A stretch of 62,243 bases of DNA, filler included, from Platydemus manokwari (Eukaryota): the NCBI GenBank assembly GCA_037951405.1. It is 5 parts of 5 records of this genome, joined end to end, with 100 filler letters (N's around TTAATTAATTAA, not from the genome) between each part and the next. Parts side by side here need not be neighbours in the genome. Positions count along the whole stretch, not along the records: positions 35,955 to 51,901 come from JBBMOY011225876.1; positions 52,002 to 62,243 come from JBBMOY011154771.1; 3 more parts are not named here. One strand, given 5' to 3'. Within the stretch, counting starts at the first letter, position 1, and every line of letters starts with the position of its first letter. Below, piece after piece: positions 41,601-54,599 of the stretch. The position numbers and the translations under genes were made by a program. The notes below the pieces were generated by a model. The model made no database searches. It saw only the letters and a list, made by a program, of their open reading frames with translations, and was not told where the DNA came from.

Positions 41601-43949
41601 TTTTAGAATTTGTGAAATTATTTTCTGTATATCTTGATTCTGTTCTAATTTCTAATATAACTTCGAAATACTGGAGCTCCAAATTGAAATGGCTACGAAT
41701 ATTATTATTTCAAAAGTTTCAGAAACAGTTGCGACTTATATTATTTTCTATAATTATCATAAATTTAGATTCCAGTTAACAACCATTAGAGTAAAATTCT
41801 ATGTTTACTGAAGTACATAATGACTAGAACGAGCACATTAAAATGCCACTCATGAAAAATCAAATTCAATTTATTACTGTCATTAAAATTTCTTGACATT
41901 GAAAATTTTTTTAAAATTTTCGAAAATACATATGACAAATCTTAGAATTAACTAGGACATGAAATTGGAAACAATAGTGTAATTCGGATAAAGTGCAATA
42001 ATACAAGCATGATTATATTAAAGATCAAAAATAATTATGATTGAAATTTATTTTATACAGAATCAAATTTTATATAAAATTAAATCTTTAAAAATTTTAA
42101 TTCAATTTCAAAAGCTCACAATTCCCTTATTATAATTTTGTATCTATTTTAATGACCATCAGAAATTTGACTGGATTTTTGTTGCTTTATCAAGTCTAGA
42201 GTTTGTTATCAAAATTTAATTTATCAAATGGATTTTATAAGATGCAGGCTACTCTTAAATTGTATTTGTCAAATATTGCTTATCTCGAGTAAAGACCAGA
42301 CAAAATTATATAAAAATATCTCATATTTAATAATTGATCAGATTCTTATGAATTTTAATTTTTAGTGATTACGAGATAATTTTACAAATTCCATTCCAAA
42401 TATTTAAATATATGAGCTCAACAACTTGCTAGTGACCTGCCTCTCAGAGCAGAATTAAAAGATTACTTGAAATTCCATTGTCCGCACATCTATTTTGGAA
42501 TTATTATTCTTAATTTCAAATTTATTTTTTATATTTTTCAATTCCAAACCATTGACAACAAATTTGAGATAATCTTATGAACGAAAATTTCTCGTTTTAA
42601 TGGCCAGGTATATTCTACAATTCATTGGTTTCGAAATCTATTATAACAGTTGTTCCAGATGACTGCAGATTGATCAATTTAATTTGATTTTTTTTCATGC
42701 CCAATAATTTTTGTTAGCAAATATTTGAATTGAAAAGAAAATCAAATATTGATTAAAAAAATAATTTGACTTTAATCGGTATGCGTCCACTGTAAGGATT
42801 TCAAAATCAATTAACACTGAAATGATTATTTGACATAGAAGATATATTTGTATTAAAAATATATAAATAATCAATTTAATTCTCCTGTATTTTAATTAAA
42901 TATACATTTGTGGGTTGAATTTCTTATTTAGTTTTTATTTATTATTTCATGAAATAGAATCAGACAACAGCCTGACCATGTATTTGGGTTCTATTATACG
43001 ACGATCAGTGCCAGAAAATTGCAGAAGAGAATATAGATAAGTTAAAATATATTAGGCATAAATAAAGATTTATGTTATATAAAAATGTAAAGAAGTCGAT
43101 ACAGAGAATATAAAGAATAGATAAGGAGTTTCAGAAAGAATAAATAGAGTATTCGTTTTCAAGAAATGTGAAGAAAAATAAATATCCAAAGCAAGGGTGA
43201 TTAAAATTACATAATATTTAAATGATTCTTTTAAATAAAAGAATATACTTATACTAAAAATTATAAATGAGAAATTTTGTTTGTTTGAATATTTTAATTA
43301 AATAAATTTTGTGGTGGTCTTATTTCATTGCCAGTGAATATTCAATAAAATATTAGCAAGGAACATTCTATTTTGTGATAGTTTGTTAAATATGCAAGAT
43401 ATCAAATATAGATCATCGTGAGCATAACAAAACAATGACAGTCCTTTGAAATCAAAATTCATTTCGTATGAGGAAATATTTTTGCTGATATTTATTTCGT
43501 CAATCAATTCTGGTTTTTAAATACGTTAATCATCGGATTGATTTATTCAGAAATAATGCCTCTAGCATTCGTTGTCACGTTCACAATGGTTTTCTCCAAA
43601 TACTAACAATAATGATAATAGTTTTTCATTTATTGCAATCGGTGTAATAAATGGGATTTTGGAATTTTTTTTCGTTAAGTACATTTTTGTGTGATGATAT
43701 ATATTTTTTCAAAATTGATTTAAAAATCTCATAGCAAATATCACTGATATATATCTCATTTATGCAAAGAATGAAAAAGGTCTTGATTAACTATTAAGAA
43801 CACTGCGAAACTTTCTTTTAATATATGCCATTAGATCCAACAATGTGACATTATTACCATTGAACATTCAATATGTTTAAATAATTACAAAAATAGCAGT
43901 TGATAACAAAATTTTCATGAAAATAATTTTAATATTGAAGATAATTGAA

Positions 43950-44635
43950 AATAATCAATGAAAAACATCTAATGAGATAGGAGAAACTCTTGGGATCAAC
44001 AGTGGCCAGGTAATTATGCCAATTTGGCCAAGGAATATGCACGGCATGAGCTAACAGCAAAAGATTAGATAAGCCGAATTTAATTTCCCTGATTTCTATT
44101 TTTTCTAAACGAAATCAATCTAATTTTTAAAGAGATCGTTTAGAACTGACGGAAAGTGAATTTTTACTAATAATGGTAAGAGTAAAAGATCTATGGTTTA
44201 AGGTGGGGGATGTCTTTTCAACCGGTGACCTTGTCACATTACACTACGAAATGATTAGGTAATGCACCTCGTGAAAGGTAAAATGTCTGTCGAAAAGAAA
44301 TCATTTATTATCAAGATTTACCTGAAAACCAAAATAGAACGTTTATTGAGATATTTGACAACCTGTTCGAAACTTTTACAACTTATCCAACTTATTCTCA
44401 CAAGATTAAGTCGTTACAAAAAAAAATTAAAAAATAATTTAGATGGTAAAACCATTTTACCTCGGAAGACTTGAAAAATTATTTGGAACAATTTTGTAGC
44501 CAGAAACCTCAGAAGTGCTAGGAATGCGGGAGCTATATAGCTACCAGACATTTAAGATGATGAACGTAATTTAAAGTAATTAAAATCTTTATCCAGCTAC
44601 TTTCATACATGACTACCTTTATCTTCAACCAAATA
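43950..44635 (+). mobile_element. Decayed mariner transposon
   Basis: Frameshifted remnants of the TGDEKW-x-Y-x-N region (about 44130-44200) and of the C-terminus LKNNLDGKT...EDLKNYLEQF...KP (about 44425-44555). TIR-like end CTTCAACCAAATA at about 44623-44635. Confidence 0.7.
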
Positions 44636-45483
44636 GCTTACAGGATCAACTATTTCTGTCAATATCAGCCCTATACTTAATTTCACAAATAAAAGTTCCT
44701 GCTATTAATAATTCGAATAATGGTGACAGTTAATGAAGAAATTATATTGTGTTTAATATATTCCAATTTATATTTCAAGAATATCAATTTTTTGTGATAA
44801 TGATAAAATTTTATCGAAAATAAATTTCACCGAAATTACAAATACTAAAATAGTTGAAAGGAGAAAAATCAATAATGCTTGATTTTCTTCAATATTAAAT
44901 TTCATTGTAAATTATTAATTTATTTGGGAGAACAATTTTCAAAATTTTCTTTTATAAATATAAATATTTTATATTTGCCAAATCACTGATTTCATTTATT
45001 GAAACGAAGAAGAATATTTTTTTTCTCGAGAATAATCAATTTTCATTGTGATGGAAAATATATATATTTTGTTTAATACGGTGCTGTGTTTTAAAATAGA
45101 TCAAATCAATTAGTTTAAAATTGATATGTAATAAGATTGATAAGATCATTACAAATGAACGCACTGAATCGTGGAGAGAGATTAACTTGAACTCTTTCAA
45201 TTTCCGATTCAAATACAGAATCGTCTTCGAATATGCCCGGATTCTTTTCACACATTTCAATCGACGACAATCTGAAACAGGAAAAATTAGCTTGTATATG
45301 ATTATAAATTAAGGCAAACATTGATTATAAAGCTGTTTATTTTATTTAATAAATAATACTGATCAAGTTAATCGATATACGTTAAGAGATCGGACTGGAA
45401 CAACATTTAATTTAAAAGAGAACATAGAACTAAATATTAATAATAATACTGCAAATACTGGGATTGACTGTATATTTATAAAA

Positions 45484-46090
45484 TATAGGATTGAAACGAA
45501 AAACTTGTCCGATAGAAAATAATATTTATTTAACAGATAAAGACAACATGCAAATTTAGAAATATAAACAAAACATAATTTGTTTGTAAACCTGAAATGT
45601 TGTAAATAGTCACTTTTAAGGTTCACACACCTTTGCCAGCGTTCTGGAAGTTGTTTTATGCTGTTTTCATAGAAATCCACAGGTTTTGAAGCGAAACAGT
45701 TTTCCAAATAATTGCTAACATTTTCAGCGGAATGATTCGTTTTCCCACGAATTGAATTTTTCATAGGAGAAAATAGGAAATAGTCTGAAGGCGCAAGGTC
45801 TTAGGAGTATGGTGGATGCGGTATTATCGCAAAATAGAAACATATTTTGAGTTAAACGTGCCGTATGCTGTCGAGCGTTATTGTGAAGGAAATGGAACTT
45901 TTCAAAACTGTTTCCACACAACCAGCGCCTCTTTTCTCGAATAGCATCTACATGTTTGTCCAACTGATTGCAGTAAATTTCTGCATTTATGTTCTCGCAG
46001 ACACAGTACCAGTGCCAAGCACGGGGTTAATCTTCTTCTCATTCCATCTTTGCACAAAGAATACGTCATGTTTTCAAGTTGCTTCACTTA
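45484..46090 (-). mobile_element. Decayed mariner transposon, 3' half
   Basis: Minus-strand FLHNNARQHTAR (HDNARPH), a frameshifted YSxDLAPSDY, and NYLENCFASKPVDFYENSIKQLPERWQRCVN. TIR-like end TTTCGTTTCAATCCTATA. Confidence 0.88.
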
Positions 46091-47555
46091 AATTTAAAAT
46101 TTAAATGAAAATATTTTTAAAAAGTGTAATTTATTTTGCAAGTTTATGTTTTTGAAAATAATTATTTCAAACAATAAACAATCAGTAGTTTATGAAAAGT
46201 AGTGGAATTAAAAACATATTATCATTGATTTTCTGCAAACTTTACATAGATACTTAGAGAACTTGCTCTGGTATACTACTTGTTTTTATAAATCAGTAAT
46301 ATGTTAAATAAATAAAAAATTTATTGTGTAATTTTAATAACAAGTTCGATGATTGAATGAAAAATAAAAAGGCTCTGAGTTTTTATATTAAGAACTTATA
46401 TATTTATTTTTCAAATCATTTTAACAGTAAAAACTAGAGAGAGTCTTTCATTGCATTCAATAATCGGAAGAGATTGTTTTAATCAGTATATTACACGATT
46501 TGGAATGTTTTGACGACAAACATAGTTGTTTTGCAACTAAAGACGGACAAAACAGTGCTATGAGCAACATATGTTCTAGATACAATTACTACAACAATTT
46601 TCCCAGATGGATAATAATCATGTTTTGTTGACATCATGAAGTGAACCAAGACTCAGATTTATTGATTCTTTTATTTCGAGTTATGTGAACGAGAACATTT
46701 TCCCCAATGAGCCCTTGAAAATCGATATATTAAAAATGAAATACAAAATCAATTTTGTATAAATTCGTAGAATAAATTTCTTCTGAAGACATTTTGCTGA
46801 CTCAAAAATTTGAAGATATCAAATTTTTAATAATTTCCATAATTATTTCAAAGGTCTGCACTTGACATTGAAATATACTTTCAAAATTATCTATTTTATT
46901 CAGAAATTTTTTCAGAAAATTCGTGAATGTATACAAAGTAGTTTAAAAGTATCTATAAATTTAAATAATAGATTATAGTCTTGAAATTAAAATTTTAAAA
47001 CAAAACCATGAAGAAAAATAAGTTCAATTCAAAACGCATTTCAAGGTCAATAATTGAGAATAAATTAAACTAACAATATTGTGAGATTGCTGCAATAAAT
47101 TATAATAAAATAATTAAGATAAATATTTGATAATAATATCTTATAAATTCCTCATTTTAAGCTGTATCACAATGTCAGAGATTAATTAATTTTGATATTA
47201 AATGTTAGTAGTAGCCACTTCACTTAAAACTAAGGATTCAACGAAAGAAGTCATTTCTACGATTTTCTTAACTAATACAAACTAATACCAACAAATCAAA
47301 CAATTTTTAAACAAATTCAAATCCTTTTTTAAAATCTGTTTCTAGAGAGCTTTAGCTATCAATCTTAATTATAAAATATTTTAATTAATTAATAATTACT
47401 TTATATTAAATAATTTTACAAAATTTTATTTTTTATTTTGAAACTTATTAAATTATTTTAAATTGTAATTAAAAAAATTTTTATTAAAATTATTATTTTT
47501 AAATTATCATTAGTTTATTTAAATTTTCCTCACAATGTTCTCAACAATGGCATAC

Positions 47556-47690
47556 CTCTACATGAGTATGAATCGACCATTCTTGAGACTCCATTGCATC
47601 GATGGTATTGATTTTACTAGGATCATCCTCTCGCTCTTCAAGAACGACTTCTTCAGTTGATAATTCCGTTGCCACAGTGACAGATAGATC
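47556..47690 (-). CDS. Cys-less pentameric ligand-gated ion channel-like gene, third visible exon
   Basis: A 135-nt phase-0 exon (CAG...GTATGC) encodes DLSVTVATELSTEEVVLEEREDDPSKINTIDAMESQEWSIHTHVE. It continues FPFDCQ|DLSV and contains the pLGIC xEW motif. Confidence 0.85.
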
Positions 47691-49836
47691 CTGGTAAATA
47701 TAATTGATAAATACTTTAAAATTTTTTATCAACCCAATTTAAAACATTTAATCCATTGCTATTAGTTAATGTAGTACTGATAAATGATTAAAATGTTTTA
47801 TGAGCTCGATGAACTTGATTTGTACAATTTAATGATGAGCATCAATATTAAGCAATCTCTCGAATATGGTTATTAATAAGTTTTCAATTTGAGAAACTTA
47901 AACCAGATACATTGATATATCAAATCTCATGTACGCGTATCGTATACAATTTCAATATCAAATGTGTTTGTCGATTCATTGGATACATTTTTAGAATGTA
48001 TCGGAATTGTTTCGAATCGATGGGTTGCTGAAATACTAAAACAAATACCAGCAGATCACTCAAATTATATTGTAATCAATTCTGGATTTTCATGGCCTTG
48101 ATCGAATTTTAAAAATATTTCTTCTAGCAGTGAAAAGTAATGATGCTAAAACCAAGAGAAAGCAAATAAGTGATTTAGGATTTCATTGAAAAAATCAACT
48201 TTGATATTTGGAGAGTACTTTGCCGGTTTTGAACCATTCACAATTTTAACAAGTAAACCACCTTGGACTTCATCGATATCTTACAGAATCTGATTGGCAA
48301 ATCTGTTTCATTTTCACTCACAAATTCATTTACTACTTGGCCATAGGTTCCTTAATAATTTCATTTCCATTTCATATAACCGTATGGATTACACGTATTA
48401 CTTTCTGACATTGGCTGAATAAATATGAAATCAATTAAAAGAATCTTCCAATTTGTCGCGACGATAATTAGAAATTATCTGTTTTTCATTCATTTTCTAT
48501 TATCAATGTGATACTGAAGTTTCAAGTTATTGTTCTCTGTTATTATAAAATGTTAACGAAGAAAAGGTTTCTCTCTTCAAATCAAGTTTGGGATGTTTAT
48601 TTGAATGATTATTTAAGAACTTTTAATTGTTATCAAAAATGACAACATTACTAGTAGCAATTTATTCGATTGCCGAAATAAAACAAAATTAAATAATGGC
48701 TACACAAATAACGAATTTGACAAAATAAGTAGTGACAAATATAAGTTTATAAAGTCACTACATTAAAAAAAATCAATATTTATTATATAAGATTTCTACA
48801 CGACGTGGTGGGGAAATTCATCACATCGACTACAAAATTGATTACACGGGTTTTATTAATGGTTTCCGAATGTGGATGAGAAATCTATCTGCAATGCAAT
48901 TTTTGTGCTGACTATTCAAATTCGATTATGCCAAGATTGCTTTTTGAATTTGTTTTGAGTTGATGAATTTTTGACGATGGTAGCTTGAAGAGAATTTAAA
49001 AGTTTGATGTTGTCGAAGTGATTGTGCCAAAAGAAAGGAATATATCAATTTTTAATGAGCTTTTGTCGGATGTCATTGATTCAAAATCTGTGCGAATGGC
49101 GAATGAATTTGAAGATGATGTTGTTAACACCAATATTGGTAGTCGAATTTGTTTCATTGTCGAAGTTTCAACTTTGAATTTCATATCGCGTTTCCATCGA
49201 TTATAATGTAACGGCACGTCGATTCGCGATTGCAGAAACCAATTTATGTACTTAACTGGAAAGGTTAGGTACAAATTGATAATTATCTTATTGGTATTCC
49301 GGTTAAAACTGCAGTTGGCTCATTTGTGGTAATCTCTACTGGGTAATAGTCCGAATCTGAGTTAGGGTGTGTTCAATTTGTTTTCATCGAATTTGCAGGT
49401 GAAGTTGAGAAGTGATGTTGTTTAGTGTCTGAGAGAATGCCAAAATTGTGATATTGCAGCACTATGGAGGTTATTGTTGGTTGGTATGGGGTCGACATGT
49501 TGTATAGGGTTCTTTTAATAAGATAACGATAACTATTGAAGAAATAAATTCAAAGTGTTAATTATTTATTCCTACAAGTTTTAGAATTATATCATTGTCG
49601 TAATCTATTGGGATCCCTAACATACCAATTTTGATGACATCCAATATAGTTTCATATCGTGATGCTGTTCAAATTTGAATCTTAACTGATTTATATTTTT
49701 CGAAGTGCGGTGCATGTCAAAATTTTTAACAAGATCAAATGATATTTTTAAATCAATAATGTTTATCTCCTAGTATAAAAAAAGTTAAATAATGATTAAT
49801 TAAAGTAAGAAAATATTAGTTGAAAGTATAAAGTAC

Positions 49837-50028
49837 CTGACAGTCAAAAGGAAATTGCATAAGTTCCAAGGTTTCATGAAAAACAGCTCGCATTCGCCTC
49901 TTCTGTAATACATACGCTATTCCATTTGTTTCAGGATAGATCACTTCTAGCGAGATATTATCCTTATTTTCTCTTGCAAGATTTTCTATGTATAGCTTTG
50001 GATTCCAAATTGTTTTGAAGTCAACACT
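49837..50028 (-). CDS. Cys-less pLGIC-like gene, second visible exon (contains the Pro-loop)
   Basis: A 192-nt phase-0 exon (AAG...GTACTT) encodes SVDFKTIWNPKLYIENL...KRRMRAVFHETLELMQFPFDCQ, with the WxPxLxxxN and LxxFPFDxQ motifs. Confidence 0.9.
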
Positions 50029-51027
50029 CTTGAAATAACAAAAATAATTGACTAGGACATTGTATGACATGTAAAATATAAAGGTCATTTATCAATTTAA
50101 GATCTAAGGTTTAAGATTGATTACTAATATTTATCTTCGCGAGGAATTTGCACTGATGTCGATATTATTAATACCAATAAAATTAATTATTAAATTCAAG
50201 TTAAAAATGTTTAATTTCAAAAGCACAAACTTAAATTAGAGAAAATATTTTTATAGGTTTGAATTATGTTTAAAATAATTACGGAAATACAAGGTTCTAT
50301 CATCGAATTTATTACAGGAAAAATTTGCAGACATTCATTGAATATTTAGAAATGGCATTTGTTGTATCCAATAAAATTTATTGACTTTAATAAATTAAAA
50401 TTGTTTGGATTATCGATTCTTTTATAAGTTTGTTTTTTCAATTTCAACCGTGTCACCAGGTTTTAATCTTTAAGAGTTTTATAAAAATAGAAAACTGTCT
50501 CAAAGCCAATTATTTCTCTAATATAAACATTCGAATCCACTTGAATTATTGACAAGGAGCACATGTTGAACTTCTTGATGATAATTCACCAAGATAAATC
50601 CTTGGCCGAAATATCATTAGGCTTTAAGCCTAGCATTTCTTTTCTTGGGATAATGAAAAGAGGTATACCAGAGGTATATCTCAAATCTTAGATTAACTTG
50701 CAAATAAAAGTTGAAACGTGCTCCATGGTGTTGATGAAAGAGTAGAGAGAGATATGTTATCGAGTTGTCGCGAATTGAGTTGAAATTAGTATTAATGAAA
50801 ATGTTGAACATTTTAAAACTAAAAATGAGGGTTCTAAAAGACTATGTTATTGAATAAATTACAGCAAATTTGTATTAATAACCGAAGATTGGATTTCGAG
50901 CCTATTCAACATTAAAATGAAATACTCGGTTGTGATTTAATATCAATTCGATATCAGAATATTTTTACAATGATAAAAGAAGCTAAGAATAATTTTTTCG
51001 CTTATTTATGAATTTGATAAAAAATAC

Positions 51028-51159
51028 CTTTAAATCTGTTACGTGGTCTAAAAGAGGTTCCCTCCACTTCGCTTGAAGGAATACTTCGGCATAATACTGT
51101 TCATTTACTGTGTCTATGTTGTAAATCTTGAGAAAGACGCACCTTAAATATACATGCAC
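51028..51159 (-). CDS. Cys-less pLGIC-like gene, first visible exon
   Basis: A 132-nt phase-0 exon (CAG...GTATTT) encodes VHVYLRCVFLKIYNIDTVNEQYYAEVFLQAKWREPLLDHVTDLK, the beta1-beta2 IxxIDxxxxxY...WxxPxL pattern. Confidence 0.88.
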
Positions 51160-51901
51160 CTGAAATAATATAAAATATACAGTACAATATGTCATACAAT
51201 TTATCAAATTCCCCAATTATTCAACTGTGCTGACTCGGGTTAACTAGATGTTAAAATCTTTTTGAAAAAACAAAAGATAAACATTTATTCAATTGGGGCT
51301 AGGTTATTTATCATCTAAATATATCAAAGAAACCCATATCACAAAAATGAAGATAGATTGATCCAATTAAAATTAAAAGACTTCCAAAGACTTTATAAAT
51401 TAAATATAATTCTCGAAAGAATATGAAGCTAGCAAATTAAAGCGAAACGGTAACTAAAAATAAAAAAAATCATTAAGAATTTATTTTCTTTGTTATAATG
51501 TAACAATCATGACGATAAACTGCAATCTTTAGATAAAATTAAACCATTTTGACACGTGTTTGTCAGGTCATTCATCATTGTCATATACAATCAATATTCT
51601 TTGGAATTTAAGCTTATTAATGGTTGGTTTCTTCTTGGAAAAATTCCTTACTAAATTCCTCATTTTATTAAAGTTACATGATATCTTTTTCCCCAAAGAA
51701 ATTTAATTATATCAACCATATTGAATTGTTTATATTTTTCTGATCTCATTGTTTTATTTGTAATCTATGGGTATTCACAAATGGAAATTTTATAATTTTT
51801 TATTGATATTGAACGAAATAAATTATTATTGGAATTTCAATTAATGATTATATTATAAATATTGATACTAAACTAATTGATATTAAGCAAGTTCAACAAT
51901 A

Positions 51902-52001
51902 NNNNNNNNNNNNNNNNNNNNNNNNNNNNNNNNNNNNNNNNNNNNTTAATTAATTAANNNNNNNNNNNNNNNNNNNNNNNNNNNNNNNNNNNNNNNNNNN
52001 N
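51902..52001. other. Artificial assembly spacer
   Basis: 44 N + TTAATTAATTAA + 44 N. Confidence 0.98.
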
Positions 52002-52099
52002 AGTAATTGTTGCTCAAAGAATCCAGAATATAAAAATACACAGATTAAAATAAAAATTGATACAATAAAAATTATTACGCATTTTGTACGTTCTGTCGT

Positions 52100-54100
52100 G
52101 CAAATATTGTATACATATTTTTCAATGTAAATTGATTGTTTTAATTAACTAGTTGGGCCAGAACCCCAACAGAACATGAAATACTAATTATGGATAACAT
52201 CGCAATTAAATTACCAGCGACATGAATGCCGTATAAATTGTTAGAAGAAGCTGAAATACAAATTAGGAATTTGGAAGAATCACCATTTTAAACATATATG
52301 ATTCCAGTTATAAAGATGGAGAAATATGCTTCAATAAAAACACCAAAGAAGACGTATTTTCGTTGATTAACTTAACGGGATTTTTTGATAAGTTAAATAA
52401 ACTATTACGCTAAATTAGATTTAGTTAGGGTTTAATCGAGTACAAATGAAAGAGAATGACTTTAGTAAAAACAACATTTTGTCTAAGAAAAGAACAGTAC
52501 GAATATGTTAAAATGCCATTTGGGTAACAGGAGCCCGGGAAACATTTCAAGGGTTAATTAATACCGTATTAACCGACTTAACACAAGTAATGATCTGTAT
52601 TGACAACATATGAGTCTATTCACCAACATTTGAAAAACATTTAATTGATATTGGAAGAGTAATTTCCCAATAAGAAAAGATGAATTAAAATTAATGTCCA
52701 ATAAATGTGAATGGACTAGACCAGAAGTAACATTCTTAGATCACGTAATATCATTGAAAGGCTTTGCACCTGACCAAACTAAAATTGAAAAAGCTGAAAA
52801 ATTTCCATAACCGGCAACAATAAATGAAGCAGAAGCGTTTTCAAGAATGACAAAATAATGTAGGAGATTTCAGGAAAAATATGGACATGCGTATGTGTTA
52901 AAAAGCAGCATCTAAATATAAGAAAAAGATTGTCAGGAAGAAAATAAAGAATAAACACCAATTAGAGGGGAAAGAAGTAAAGGAAAAAGTAATAGAATGG
53001 GGAGAACTAAAATACAATCTAACAAATGCATCGGTATTAAGACACCCTGATATTCCCAAATTACTTATAGTAATGACAGTCGCAAGTAATGAGACATTAG
53101 GAGTGGAAGGAAAAACATTGTTGTTATCCTATCATGCTCAATCCTTAGGAGGTTATCGATCAAAAAGAAAAAAAAGGAAATAAAAAGTAAATGATACTGG
53201 GATAATATAAAAAACGATGTAGAAAAATGGTGTAATCCGTATTCATAGGAAAAATACTGGCAGAATAAGAAAAGTACCTTTAAAATCATAACCACCAATA
53301 GAAATGTTTGCGATGAATGTAATGGGTCCATTACCAATAACAAAAAAGGAAACAAATATATAATAATGTTTAGCGACTTTTTTTACAAGACTGAAAGCAG
53401 CGTTTCAAACAAAAAATCATAAGATCGAAACAATACATAAATCAATTGTGGAAAAAACGATATTTCAAGATAGAGCACCGAATTAATTATTAACTGATAA
53501 GGAACAGGATTTTTACGTAACGTCATATAAGAAGTCAGTTTGTTATTCAAAATAAAGAAAAATTATAAAGCCCCATATATGCCACAAACGAATGGACTAG
53601 TTGAGCGATACAATCAAACGCTTCCAAATATGATATCAAATTTCATAAATAAAAAGAAAACTTATTGGGAAGCATATATATAAAACCGTGCTTATTTGCT
53701 TATAATACAGCAATAAATTAATAAACGGGTTTGTTCACCGTTTTATCTTATGTATTTTAGGATGCATATTTGTCAATAGATTTCGAATTCTTGTCAAAAA
53801 CATCTAGTTAATAGATCAATAAGAGTACTTAATTACCATAAAAGAAAGATTAGGGGAAACATACCAACATCCTTAATTAAAACTAAAATTCAATCCAGAG
53901 CAATAAAAACTATCATGATAAAAAGCGTATAATTATGGATTAAAATTAGGAGATATAATAAGGGTTTATGAGCCTAAATGTTCAGTCGTGTGAAAGCCAC
54001 ATAATGATCTTTCCATATGAAGCTTTCTAAAAGAAAAAAAATCAAAGCGTATGCCAGATATGTACGGATAATAATAATAGACAACAATGATTAGAAACAA
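52100..54100 (+). mobile_element. Degenerate Ty3/Gypsy LTR retrotransposon pol region (RT, partial RNase H, integrase)
   Basis: Frameshifted motifs YAKLDL, KTTF, YEYVKMPFG, GARETFQ, CIDNI (YIDD), NKCEW...VTFLDHVIS, TVASN..LG, LTDKE, and PYMPQTNGLVERYNQTL, in the RT-RH-INT order diagnostic of Gypsy. Confidence 0.9.
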
Positions 54101-54599
54101 TTTATCACATAAGTCCTAACAGAAGCGAATACTCGAGGAGTAAAAATATGGAAACTATCAGATGATAGAATATATGAAAGTAACAGAGTAGTAGTGAACA
54201 TGTACAACTTAAGTTAGTCATAAGGGAAGGAAAAAGCACAAAATCCATAATTATCGAAACACCTAAAACGTCGAGGAAAGCACTCGTAGAAAAATTCATT
54301 AATCAAATACAAATTAGATGGAAGGAATTAAATTGCATGAATATGATAATGGACATTAATAAACATCAAGACGGGATAAATTCCTTTGAAGGAGTAAAGA
54401 ATCAAGAAATACAAAAGGAGCAAATAGTTCAAACATCTGGTATTACATGAAAAGCAATTCCAGGATGATAATTCATCAAGAACAAGAAATTATTAAGCCG
54501 AAAATTTCGAAGAAATTATAGCCTCAAGGAAAATAACAACAATTAAGGAAGAGTCGACAAGGAAGAGTGATCGGAAGAAACACCAAAAACTCTGGCTTC

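Noticed and set aside
45363-45560. Hydrophobic tail of ORF 45363-45764 as the missing pLGIC transmembrane region
   Set aside because: It is read-through of the mariner relic across its TIR into T-rich flank, with no M1-M3 motifs or suitable splice sites.
52779-54299. Hydrophobic minus-strand ORFs as membrane proteins
   Set aside because: They are antisense to A-rich Gypsy pol, which yields Phe/Leu-rich spurious frames.
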